From the NCBI GenBank assembly GCA_040954595.2, contig CM082576.2, positions 14,263,129-14,327,128 of the forward strand: a DNA stretch of 64,000 bases, in the 5' to 3' direction. Below, piece after piece: positions 12,204 through 24,146 of this stretch. The notes beneath the pieces are model-generated. The model saw only the letters and a program-made list of their open reading frames with translations. It was not told the origin of the DNA and searched no databases. The stretch is from Balanoglossus misakiensis (lineage: Eukaryota; Animalia; Hemichordata). A program made the position numbers and the translations under genes. Positions within the stretch are counted from its first letter, which is position 1; each line of letters begins with the position of its first letter.

Positions 12204-12947
12204 GGCTGCGTTCACAAACACCTCTGGAGGGGTGGCGGGAGAATTGAGGGGGGGGATTTGAAAACATTGAGGGTATGTAAGGGGGGATTTGAAATAATTT
12301 AGGGACTGAAAGGGGGGGACTTGAAAACTTTGACGACTAAATATTTATTTTGAGTCCACAAAAATGCAGTTTCGCACCCTTTATTTTACAAAATTTTACA
12401 CCCTCTCCATCCATTTCAATCATTGACAGGTTTATCTAGTGTCCCAGGTCAGGGGACTTGCCCCCACCCCATGATAACTTTGAGGGGCGACGGTTAAATT
12501 TGTCCTCCCCAACATACCGATAGTTGTGTTAATTTGCTTTTGCCGGGTTCATTAAAATGCAGCTTTGAGCTCTGTATTTTATAAAATTTTCTTACGTGCG
12601 AAGGGGACACCCCCTCCCAAACCCACCCCCTTCAATTCTCGGTTTACAATGTCTCCCAACACAGAATACAAATACTTAAAAAATAAAAACTGTTCAGTTT
12701 TAATACCCACTGATGAGGGGAAACATCACTTTCAAATTCTTTTCATGGGTGCGCTGTTTTTCTTTTTTACGAGATAGATAGGTGATGTGTTTTGCTCTGG
12801 GGAAAAATGGGGGGCGGGGGTCAAAATTTTAGCAGTTCGGAAGGGGGGATTTTAAAATATTTCGGGTTGTGTACGGAAAGCTTGTGAAAATTAGCGGTAA
12901 AACAATTGAATTCTCCCCCCCCTCCAGAGGTGTTTGTGAATGCAGCC
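12204..12947. mobile_element. PIF/Harbinger-like MITE; partial copy at 17031-17205 and inverted internal fragments at ~26740-26900 and ~35140-35310
   Basis: tta-ggctgcgttcacaaacacctctggagggg ... ccctccagaggtgtttgtgaatgcagcc-tca; G-rich subterminal tracts. Confidence 0.75.
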
Positions 12948-14106
12948 TCACCGTACGTGACTACGTGTGAGGAGCTCAGCTGGCGTTTTTTTTTCTCTCC
13001 GTATCGCGGGATATAAGTAGACTTTTCGAAAATGCCAAGTGTAACTTCGAAACCACTTCCCTTTATTCGCTTATGATATATGCAATAAAAACAACATTTG
13101 TGTCACCATTGCATTGGGTCGATAAAGAATAATAATAGTAGTAATTTATTTATTAAACAGTGTTCAAAATACTACTACAAAATACAGAATAAAGAGTTAA
13201 AAATACAACAAAATACAGAATAAATTGTCAACTCAGACAGCTAAAATAAACAGTGAACTACACCACCACCACCACCACAAAAATCAGTCTTCATCAATCT
13301 GAAAGAACAATATAAAATAAAAAAGTGAGTTTCCTTGACGGGCAAACTCACACAAAATAATTGTTAGGGTTTAGTAAAACTCGGGAGTACATATCAGCAA
13401 TCAAAATTTCTTCGCAGGAGAGAGGAGGGAAAACTACACAGCCGGTTCAATCCCAGGATCAAGCCTGCGCCAGCGTATATACGTACACATGCATGCTGTC
13501 TTCTCCCGCCATTTTGCAGTAGAAGTGGCGCTCACGGGTTGAAAAGTAAACAAAATGGCGCTCACAGGTTGAAAAGTAAACAAAATTGAACTGTTCATAT
13601 CGTCACTATGAAAGCTTGGAAGTGAATGAAAACTCAAAGAGAGGGGGTTTGATGTCTATATTTTGAAAAAAGTTTAAAATTTTGTGGTAAAATCCATGTG
13701 TAACGGTCAGCTTAAAAATAATCGAGAGGATGTCAACGCTATATGTTTTTTCACAGTCGTCAGAAATTTCGTGATTACAAAGAAGCTACACGACAGAAGT
13801 TGCCAAAAAATCATTCAGTAACAATCCAGTATACCTACCTTCAAGTGAATCCACGGTTTTGTCTTAAAATTATCCACATCGCCTGAAAACAGTTCTATAA
13901 TATCGAGTACTGAAAAAAGGCTAGTTATACTTTGCGAAACAACGAAACCACAAAAAAACAAACAAACAAACAAACAAACAAACACGAAACCACAAAAGAT
14001 CGAAACCACAAAACGACCTTATTTTCAACGAAATACAATAGTTACGCGGCAGCAACTGTTTGAGGTCGAAACGCAATGCGCTAGTCTACACCACAGTCCC
14101 TCCACT

Positions 14107-14203
14107 TAGTCTCGGTTACCCAGACCCCCCCTGCTTCTTCCGTTGGACACTCCAGAAAGAGTGTACAACGGAAGAAGCAGGGGGGTCTGGGTAACCGAGA
14201 CTA
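14107..14203. mobile_element. 97-bp foldback element, TAG...CTA ends, 10-bp TSD (AcademH-like)
   Basis: tagtctcggttacccagaccccc...ggggtctgggtaaccgagacta; TSD tccctccact; empty site on the reverse strand at ~27450-27470. Confidence 0.88.
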
Positions 14204-14419
14204 TCCCTCCACTGTGTCTACACTGACAAAAAGGTCATGACCCTGGATCACGCATGATGTTTGTCCTGTTTGGCATTAGTCTCGGTTACCCAGACTCTCT
14301 TATTCTTACTCTCGTTTTCAGAGGGCGCTGCGCAGTCTGGGAAGCGTCTTTTACTAATCGAGCGGTGCACCCTGGATCCAATAACAAATCGCAGGGAATA
14401 GAGGAATGAATCGTGTTGT

Positions 14420-14420
<1 letters not shown>

Positions 14421-14483
<63 letters not shown>
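14421..14483. repeat. (GAT)n microsatellite, ~21 units
   Basis: Seen directly; source of the spurious poly-Met ORF 14413-14721. Confidence 0.95.
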
Positions 14484-14568
14484 AAAAACATTTTTAAAAA
14501 ATCAATGTGTCATTTCCTGCTACCGTGTCATTTCCTGCTACCGTAATCGTGGAAAACACGACCTAGAT

Positions 14569-16388
14569 CAGTCAGGACGTAAGTGGGGTAATTACGGCGG
14601 TGAGATCAAAGAGATCTATTTGAATGTGAACGTCGCTGAGTGGCAGTTACGGCCAGTTCGAAAAATTTTCAAACGGAGATTTTCGGTACTACAAGTGATC
14701 GTAGTGTACCCATTTTTCTAAGACATGTATGAAACACCATAGTCAATGATAGGATGATTTTTCGTGAAGTTTTAACGACGCGTTCCCGAGAAAGACAGTT
14801 TCGGTATGTTGGTTTAAATTGTGGTCCTTGACTCTCGGCAAAGATTTCTTGTCTCGAAAAAAATTGGGTAGGTTAGGAAGATATTGAACTAAGTTACCGT
14901 GAAATAATAATAGTGTGAGCCGCTCCATTGTGGAGTAATGACGGTGTAAAAATTGCCTTCGCCATCGACGAGTACAGCCGTGTTTGCCATATGTGTATGC
15001 ATTGAAGTAGGTCAACGCATGTTAAAGTGAACCGACACCTTCCTTGTAGAGAGATTCTAATAAAATCTTTGTGAAAAACATGAGTGATTTGCGTCGTTTT
15101 TATTCACTTTCACTTATCGCGCAGCAGCGTAGCGTCGATCTCGATATGCAGTGTGACGTCACAAACTAGTCACCAGTAGCAGACGCCACCGTGCGCACGC
15201 TAACGTACACAGACAGTTGACATGGGTGGCTGCCTCGCAAGTGGGAGCAAAAACAGAGTTGGCAAAAACACGGCGAAAGGTTTTATAAAAGTTCCCGACC
15301 CTTCGGTGGACAGTCAAAATGCAAATCGAGCTGAAAAATGGGTGTCAAACATTGGCATATTATTTCGGTGCTTATTGCTGAGACAGATGATACTTTTGCT
15401 TCGGAAATGTTCGTGTTCAACTAGGCTCTATATCGTGAAGCATATTGCAAAAAAAGAAAAAAACTACACAGCAAAAATTGTCGAAACAGCCGGGGCTCCT
15501 GATTACCTTTGATCACCATATGACGAAACCGAATTTTTGGCACTGTAAATCAAAACTCTGATCGGAAGAAAGTAGTGTGGCGGAAATAGGCCTACTAGTG
15601 AACACTGTGTTTGTCGCGTACCCAAGCTGTGAATGCATCGCAAAACCATTTCCAAAGACAAAAACGACCACTACTCCACGTTAGCGTGCGCACGGTGGCG
15701 TCTGCTACTGGTGACTAGTTTGTGACGTCACACTGCATATCGAGATCGACGCTACGCTGCTGCGCGATAAGTGAAAGTGAATAAAAACGACGCAAATCAC
15801 TCATGTTTTTCACAAAGATTTTATTAGAATCTCTCTACAAGGAAGGTGTCGGTTCAATGACGTAATGGCTTCCTTTTCAACGCGTCGTTATCTCTCATTA
15901 GCATATTACATACGGAATCTATACACTATCCACGCTGACTGACTTCTCAGGACTGACCTATGGCACTGTAAATTGTGGTCCTTGACTCTCGGCATGGATA
16001 TATTCATGTCAAAATTATGAATAGAGGAGTTTAATAATGTTTCTAAAACCTGAGGGGGTTAATTTTTGTGTGGGTATGGCTGATATTTTTTTTTTGATTT
16101 TTTAACTTCAAGGTCACTTTGAATTTCGTGATCACAATTTTGTCAGTGGAAGTAAAGAAATTCTTCTCGATAAAACTTCATGAAAAATCACATGTAGTAC
16201 ACTCATAGTACCAGTAATGTGCCTGGGGTGAAATAATTGTCAGAAATGGGTTGCAAGTTGCTTAACTTTCGTTGTGAAAAAAGTTGAAAAACTGTATGCA
16301 AATGAGCAATTCAAACGTTACTGGCCAGTTCAAGTGTTTGCATTGCATGATCCCCTGCTGTTTAATTACCCCACTTACGTCCTGACTG
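14569..16388. mobile_element. 1.8-kb TIR element with 4-bp TSD (Sola-like?), containing a 179-bp perfect inverted repeat
   Basis: AGAT-cagtcaggacgtaagtggggtaatta ... taattaccccacttacgtcctgactg-AGAT; internal IR arms 15028-15206 and 15678-15856. Confidence 0.7.
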
Positions 16389-16435
16389 AGATCGCCCAAC
16401 GTCACTCGTTTTACGTCCATGATGTAATCGCCTAA

Positions 16436-16652
16436 GGGACCGTTCAGTTTTTACGACCGGGGGGGGGGCAAAATCCAGAAGGGGGGGTCACTTAAATTTT
16501 GAAGTCTAAAAGGGGGGTCATCTGTTTTTGGGTCTGTCAAAGGGGGGTCATCATATTTTGCTCCTGGGTGAAGGGGGGGGGGGGTCGGCCTGATTTTGAA
16601 AACCGATGACACAAACTTGCCGCCCCCCCGGCCGTAAAAACTGAACGGTCCC
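16436..16652. mobile_element. PIF/Harbinger-like MITE, TAA TSD
   Basis: TAA-gggaccgttcagtttttacg...cgtaaaaactgaacggtccc-TAA; empty site ttgcaaaacgttaggcgattacat (reverse strand) at ~27024 and ~35436. Confidence 0.9.
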
Positions 16653-18880
16653 TAACGTTTTGCAAAGCCTAGCCTTGTCCATGCCATTCAGACGCCAATG
16701 TAAATTATTTACTGACAGGCGAATTGCCCGCCAAAAAAGAATCCCGCCCCCAAAAGTTTATGTACGAGTATATTCACAGGGCGAAGGATTAGTTGAAACA
16801 AAGCAGGCCTATTTGATAGTGTCCGTAAGCTTTCGAGGGTCAAACACTGATGGGGGTAAGACAAAAAGTTATATATAGAAACACATGTAACGCACACAAC
16901 ACAGTATCATTGTCGAAATTTAAACCTCACTTCCTCCTCGCTCTCTTAAAAACAAGCAAACACAAAACACAGATGTTGGGTCAACATTGGGGGGTAAACT
17001 TTAATACATGTACTATACTACTGGACCTTAGGCTGCATTCACAAACACCTCTGGAGGGGGGGGGGCAGGAGAATTGAGGGGGGGATTTGAAAAAAAATTG
17101 AGGGTATGTAAGGGGGGGATTTGAAATAATTTAGGGACTGAAAGGGGGTGACTTGAAAACTTTGAGGACTAAATATTTATTTTGAGTCCACAAAAATGCA
17201 GTTTTGAACCCTTCACACATGTAACTCACACAACATAGTACCATTGTCGAAATTTCTTTTGTATTTCGTCGAAAATAAGGTCGTTTTGAGGTTTCAATCT
17301 TTTGTGGTTTCATGTTTTGTTTTTGTTTTTTGTGGTTTCATTGTTTCGCTAAGTATAACTCGCCAGTAAAAATGGCCTATTTCGCGATCCGTCAGGGGGG
17401 CCCACTCTAACGGCTACATGGTTTGAAGTACTTTCCCTCATTAACATATGTTAATGAGTACCGTGCAATCAGACCATAAGCCTGCTATGGACGGCGGGAG
17501 GGGCTGCGAGAGAGTCTAGTCTAGTACAAACCTATTCTCCTTCATACTTCGTTCACCGGAGCAGTCGTCCGTGTGGTAGAGCCGTGCATTCACGCTGAAA
17601 TAGGGACAGGGGTTGGCGATATTAACCGGAAATCAGGATTTTTGAGGTTAGTAGGCTGTGGAAGTATGATCGCTTGTTACATGGGGAGAAATGTCGGGCA
17701 GTCCAGCTGTACTAATCATTTGTAGGGTGTTTCGTGACGTAATGCTGCGAACAACACTGTCAACCTAGCAGCACCCGCTACATACAATCGTTGCAGCTGC
17801 GTGCCACAATGGTGTCTATGATCTTTTCTGTGACAGTAGGCCTCGTAAGTTCGATTCTTCAACTGTGACCGTGGTTTGTCAAACAGTTGCGTGCATGCTC
17901 GATAGCACTGTCCGGTGGGTAGTCGTGATCCCCACCGTAGCCGCTTATGTCATGGAGAGACGTTTTCCCCATTCCATTAACAACATTATACACTGAGAGC
18001 AATTAGTTAAGTATGCCCCTGCAAAACGTCCATGATATCACAGAAAGAACCACATATTTAATCAGAATTATTTTGTACAGAAGCCAACATATAATATTTC
18101 TCACACTCCTGGCCGCTGGGAGTGTGGGCTCAAATCGACCCCACACTGTGTTAATGCGCACTCAGACAACTGTTATCTGACACGAGCTCTGATTGGATAA
18201 TGATATTTGTACCCCTCAGAACGAGCGAATATCATCCAATTGTGTGATGTGTTGTACAAGAACCGGAACTACAATGTGATCAGGTCATGTGCAGACGACA
18301 GTACTGGTGGTTGGCGACAGACTCGCAAAAAAACAACAACAAAAAAACGATTGTATTTTCTAGATATCCTACGAATTTATGCCACTGGAAACAATCTCCA
18401 TATTTTAATGTGTTAAGCACATTTTTGTAGCATGTGCGTACTGTAAACTCGTGACGAAATGGGGACTATGTTTTGCGGGGCGGATCCATATATGACCGGT
18501 CATGGGGTTATCAGTGGGTATTTTACTGATTTAGTTCTTTTATTGTAAATAAACGTGAATATTGCAAATTTGTGATCGTGTGAGAAATTCAATCTCACAC
18601 ACCAAGGACTTGGGATCATATTTCTCACACTCGTCAGGGATATTTTGACAAAGAATCCCCAACTCGTGTGAGAAATACGATCCCAGACCCTTGGGAGTGT
18701 TGTGAGATTATATTAGTCCCATAGCTTCATGTCTTTGACTTAATTAATAATATTAATAATACTTAATTAATACAAAATCATCAAGAAAAGAAGAAATTAA
18801 TTAACGAGTTTATAATGTGTAAACCCGCAAAACAGGGATGGTCATCATCTGGTTTATTGAAAGCCAATAAACCATCATTA

Positions 18881-21252
18881 CTACCAATTTCAAAATAGCT
18901 TGGAAATTCTTTGTCCTCTGGTGATAAAATAAACCTCTCCCACGATAGGAAAAAACGTCTAAGTTCATGAAACTGAATACCGCACTTTGTTTATTTTGCA
19001 ACAAAGTAACCGTTTCAAGCGTTCGTAATCCCACTTAGTCTCGGTTACCCAGACCCCCCTGCTTCTTCCGTTGGGCACTCCAGAAAGAAGGTCTGGGGAA
19101 ACCCCATAGACAAATCTCCGGGCAAAGATGGCCGACTCGGGACAAAAGCGATGCATGATGGTCAACATTTATGACATACGATATTATGATATGACGATAT
19201 TAGAAAACTATTTACCAAACTTCTCTTTCTCTTTCAATTTGTAGACAGTTTCAGCAGGTCTAGCACGTCTCAGCATGTATTTTTAATGTTCGAGTCTGCA
19301 ACCATCATGCATCGCTTTTGTCCCGAGTCGGCCATATTTGCCCGGAGTTTGTCTATGGGGTTTCCAGGGGGAAATGGGTAACCGAGACTAAATCCCACTG
19401 TGAGATTGTCTGTAGTCTACTCTGAACCTTGTATGAGGATGTTTTGCACTGACAACCAAGGAAACTTCGTCATGATGAAGAGCAATATATCGAGTATTTA
19501 AAACGACAAACTCCTTCGATTTCATACGAAGAAATTCAACAAAAATTGGCGGAATTTTCGCAAGCAGACGTGTCTATACCCACCGTCTGTCAAACCGTCA
19601 GAAATCGTTTGTCCGACAAAACGTGAACTTGGATAAAAAATGACGTGTTGCAAACGACGAGAGTTGTTTAGCGTGTCGAATGCTGCTCTACGAAGCTCGT
19701 AGTTATTTACCTTCTGACCGGGACATTTACGCTTGAACGGACTGGGTTCCCCCCAACTTCAGGTCGGTATATTTCTCTGAAGCAGAGACGTGAATTGCTA
19801 GTTCCGCGGGTTGCAGTGCATCCCGTCCGTTGAACTTTCTTTTAGAGAATCAACGTATTGCGAAGAGAGACGATTGCGATGAGAATAAGCAGTGTAGGAT
19901 AGAGATGACGTATCAAACTGCCGTGTTGTATTCTGAATTTATGTTGTTGAAATAAATACAACGGAAGAGTTTGAACCGCATTGCTGTATGGACTGATAGT
20001 TTTGTGGCAAATTCGGGCATGCGAGGCCGCCGCTAACCTTGCAGCGATCACCTGGCCGCTTGAGAACTTTCTCGACCTACGCATGAACTTGTTTGTGGGG
20101 TAAGCCTAATTCAAGATTCACATTTCAAGTTTCACGTTTCACGTTCCACAGCTCAAGATTCATATTCTGATTCAGATTCGAGTCTTGTCACGTCCTTTCG
20201 CCGTCTACATTTCATTCACTTGATTCAGAATATAGGAATTAGTCCTTTTGCTTTAGTTATCGGTTGGAAAATATACCCGGACCCTAAACCTATCAATTAT
20301 ATCAGAATTACGCTTAAAAGTATCTGTGAATACCGAGATTGCAGGCCATGGTGCGATCTCAGGCCTAGGGTCATTCTTGTGTTAGAAAATAATAAATACA
20401 GTGCATCTCTTTAAAAAAATGTTGTTGAAACTGAACTTGAAGAGATACCCGACAATGACATCACGCGATAATCGAACAGAATATTTGGGGAACCTTGCTT
20501 GGGCGCGGGCGGGGATCGAGGACAATAAACAATCGTACGCACCCCTGGTTATAGACTCTCTCACAGCCCCTCTCGTCGTCCATGCAGGCTTGCATGTGTG
20601 CCCGCCGAGAAGGGGCTGTTATCACAATTTTTCTCTATTTTATTTTCGATTTTTCGATTGGCTTATCCAAATCCCGCCCTGGATTTTGCATTTTCTCTGC
20701 CATTGGTCCATGCTCTTGAGATTGACCTTTCTGTTTACAAGATCCAAAGCATTTCTACTGTCTATGATTGCAGACTCCCCATGGTTAACCAGATACTAGT
20801 TTCACTTACATTACGCAACAATGCAATCTATTGCTATAAACACATGTAAACGATCTCTTTCACTCCACAATGTTTAGCTTACAGCAGATTCAAGAGACTG
20901 TCGAATTTGCAAAAAAATCAATGTAAAATCAACAGTTTAAGAGACCAAGTTTGGCATAACCTGTCTAATTTTGCCATATAAATCTGATGCTTGTGATTAA
21001 GTTTGGACATAACCAGGTGGCTCTTTGTACCATACAGTGAAATTTAGAATCGGTTGGTTTCATTGGCGTTCATCCTGTCTACATGGCCATGGAAGACTAA
21101 ACCTCACACTAACTACTAAATTGTGACGCTGTGGTAAATTGTTGCAAAATTTACGATTGCGGTATGCAGTACAGTCGTTTCTTTTTGCTACAAAAGACGT
21201 ATATTTTATCACCAGAGGACAAAGAATTTCCAAGCTATTTTAAAATTGGTTG
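18881..21252 (+). mobile_element. 2.37-kb IS630/Tc1-mariner-type element, TA TSD, with decayed transposase DNA-binding region
   Basis: ~50-bp TIR ctaccaatttcaaaatagcttggaaattctttgtcctctggtgataaaata; empty site catcattatatcc in other paralogues; frameshifted QPRKLRHDEEQYIEYL / TPSISYEEIQQKLAEFSQADVSIPTVCQTVRNRL at ~19455-19610. Confidence 0.78.
19036..19390. mobile_element. Nested TAG...CTA element, 9-bp TSD (AcademH-like)
   Basis: tagtctcggttaccca ... tgggtaaccgagacta; TSD aatcccact; internal ~65-bp IR at 19097-19162 / 19301-19365. Confidence 0.85.
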
Positions 21253-21562
21253 TATATCCATACACAGGGTTGTACTCTGACCTAGAGGCCACGGAGAGTA
21301 TGTGAGAATATGGTTATTATATAGTGTACATGTAGCTGCATAAAATTGCATCTGGTTTTATGTCCTTATGATTTTAAAATTCCTTTGCAGGAGTTAATTG
21401 ACCGGGCCCACCCAATTTGCAAACGAGGATACAGAAGCAGAAAGACGGCATGGTGTATACATGAAAACATTTCAAGACAAGCAGTTCATGAGGGTTTACT
21501 ACAGATATCCCGGGAGTATCTGACTGGACGCAGGAGGATTTCTGGTCGCGGAAAGTTCACAA

Positions 21563-22771
21563 ATGGAAGTTAATCACCGAATCCCCGCCAATGAAAAACC
21601 ACATGAGTGCAAAGTGTGTGGTAAATGTTTCTCGTGTGTTTCACATTTAAAACGCCATCAACGGATCCATACCAAAGAAAAGCCACATGAATGCAAGATA
21701 TGCGGTAAATGTTTCTCCGACGGTTCACATTTAAAAGTCCATCAACGGATCCATACCAAAGAAAAGCCACATGAATGCAAGATATGCGGTAAATGTTTCT
21801 CCGACGGTTCAAGTTTAGAAGTCCATCACAGGATCCATACCAAAGAAAAGCCACATGAATGCAAGATATGCGGTAAATGCTTCTCCCAGGGTTCACATTT
21901 AAAATGCCATCACAGGATCAATACCAATGAAAAGCCACATGAATGCAAGATATGTGGTAAATGTTTCTCCCACAGTTCAAGTTTAAAAGACCATCACAGG
22001 ATCCATACCAAAGAAAAGCCACATGAATGCAAGACATGTGGTAAATGTTTCTCCTACGGTTCATATTTAAAAATCCATCAACGGGTCCATACCAATGAAA
22101 AACCATATGAATGCAAGATATGTGGTAAATGTTTCTCCCAGAGTTCAAGTTTAAAAGACCATCACAGGATCCATACCAATGAAAAGCCACATGAATGCAA
22201 GATATGCGGTAAATGCTTCTCCCAGGGTTCACATTTAAAATGCCATCACAGGATCCATACCAAAGAAAAGCCACATGAATGCAAGATATGTGGTAAATGT
22301 TTCTCCCAGAGTTCAAGTTTAAAAGACCATCACAGGATCCATACCAAAGAAAAGCCACATGAATGCATGATATGTGGTAAATGCTTCTCCCACAGTTCAA
22401 GTTTAAAAGACCATCACAGGATCCATACCAAAGAAAAGCCACATGAATGCAAGACATGTGGTAAATGTTTCTCCTATGGTTCATATTTAAAAATCCATCA
22501 ACGGGTCCATACCAAAGAAAAACCATATGAATGCAAGATATGTGGTAAATGCTTCTCCCAGGGTTCACATTTAAAACGCCATCAACCGATCCATACCAAA
22601 GAAAAACCATATGAGTGTAAAATATGTGGTAAATGCTTCTCCGACGGTTCAAATTTAAAAGTCCATCAACGAATCCATACCAAAGAAAAGCCACATGAAT
22701 GCAAGACATGTGGTAAATGCTTCTCCCAGGGTTCACATTTAAAATGCCATCAACGAATCCATACCATTTAA
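21563..22771 (+). CDS. C2H2 zinc-finger protein, paralogue 2 (402 aa, 14 fingers; finger 4 ends HHRIN)
   Basis: Intact ORF of tandem 84-bp finger repeats; acceptor at 21390 homologous to that of paralogue 1. Confidence 0.9.
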   Translation: MEVNHRIPANEKPHECKVCGKCFSCVSHLKRHQRIHTKEKPHECKICGKCFSDGSHLKVHQRIHTKEKPHECKICGKCFSDGSSLEVHHRIHTKEKPHECKICGKCFSQGSHLKCHHRINTNEKPHECKICGKCFSHSSSLKDHHRIHTKEKPHECKTCGKCFSYGSYLKIHQRVHTNEKPYECKICGKCFSQSSSLKDHHRIHTNEKPHECKICGKCFSQGSHLKCHHRIHTKEKPHECKICGKCFSQSSSLKDHHRIHTKEKPHECMICGKCFSHSSSLKDHHRIHTKEKPHECKTCGKCFSYGSYLKIHQRVHTKEKPYECKICGKCFSQGSHLKRHQPIHTKEKPYECKICGKCFSDGSNLKVHQRIHTKEKPHECKTCGKCFSQGSHLKCHQRIHTI

Positions 22772-22933
22772 AGGCCGCATGAATGCAAAACATGTGATAA
22801 ACTGTTTCTCAAGGAATGGGCACTTGAGAGAACACTTGAAAGTCCGTAACTATGAAAAGCCCCATGGATGCAAGACGTGTGATAAACGTGTATCCGTCAC
22901 TGTGTATTTCAAAGAGAGACTTTGTACCCTTAA

Positions 22934-23223
22934 AGCGGGTAGCTCGTCTCACATGCATGCGCCAACTGTAGCCGCTGGTTACAGACGTTTAGTGAACAGT
23001 CAATCCCATAAGGCAGTGCTTACACAAGATGGCGGCGACCATAATCTGTGTTGGAGATTGGGAAAAGACACTACCTTGGGTGAAAAGGAAGGACAAAACC
23101 AGAATCTACTTATACAGTGCACATGAAATATGGAAGGAAGCGAAGGCAGTCCACTATTTGAATGCATCGAACGGAAAATTTGCTGGGAAGTTACGCACAT
23201 GCGTGTGTGACGAGCTACCCGCT
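22934..23223. mobile_element. Kolobok-like MITE, TTAA TSD (copies with disrupted left end at ~31713-32000 and ~40130-40417)
   Basis: TTAA-agcgggtagctcgtc ... gacgagctacccgct-TTAA. Confidence 0.78.
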
Positions 23224-23243
23224 TTAAAGGAACCTGGCTTTAA

Positions 23244-24146
23244 GGGGACAAAGTCCCTCTTTTTGAAAGTTTTCCTATGAATTTAGTTTGATATGAAAAA
23301 AAAACAGTCCATGTTGTTTGACTACTTGGATCATGCTGAAATACTGGCCAACTGTACATAATATCTACAATGCTTGTAGACAGGCAAGATTGAACTTTCA
23401 GTGAAACAATTTCTGATCTGAACCATGTACTAGTATTCACTTGTAAACACTTTTTGTCCATGTACTTGACTACACGACCAGTGTTGCATAATCTTTAAAG
23501 ACCACATGTTGGCCATTGATAAGGATAACAGCGTTTGCATACTCTGTAGTATTTTTTATATTCTGTGGGAAACAAATTGTTATTACGTAGGCATTTGGTG
23601 CAGGGGTCACGAACAAAATTATTTCTTTACACACAGCAAACTCTGTGTTTGTTTCTGCAATATACGCATAAATCTTTCGCTTTTTAATAGTTTACACTTT
23701 TTAAGTCATGACACACATTTTAGTTCACTGAGAGACTTTATGCAGGCATTCCATTAGACTTGCTCCAAGTCTATGGGCTTCATTATTTCATAATAAATAC
23801 TTTTAAAAAACTTGTTTCGAATTTCTCTATGTACCGTGTGTGAAGTAAAAGTCACCGAGTGTGAGCGCGTATGTACGTCAAGGGAACGTGTAGGCCCATT
23901 GGTCGACGCTAACCGAAACCGTGAGCTCAGTCCAAAATTCGAAACTTAACTCACTATCAGAAACACGCTTAAAGCAAGCATGCACGCAAAAAGTTTTGAA
24001 ATTATTTATTAATGCAAAAAAACACCGCAAACTCAAAAAAGTATTGAGATTCAAAAATCACCACGCGACTAGTGGGCTAGTCTAGCATTCCATGCACCAG
24101 TATTCTTGATATTACATAAAAGGTCAAAAAGAGATTCTTTTTCCCT
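23244..24146. mobile_element. Degenerate TTAA-flanked element with (a/g)gggacaaag ends (copies ~32021-32561 and ~40438-40977)
   Basis: ttaa-ggggacaaagtc...gattctttgtccct-ttaa, clearest in the 32.0-32.5 kb copy; the same terminus occurs at ~661-681, ~47047-47062 and ~60437-60466. Confidence 0.55.
23755..24084. mobile_element. TAG...CTA element with 9-bp TSD (AcademH-like), private to paralogue 2
   Basis: tagact...agtcta; TSD gcattccat; empty site gcagacattccatgtacc at ~32500 and ~40915. Confidence 0.82.

Noticed and set aside
14413-14721. Poly-methionine ORF
   Set aside because: Product of the (GAT)n microsatellite
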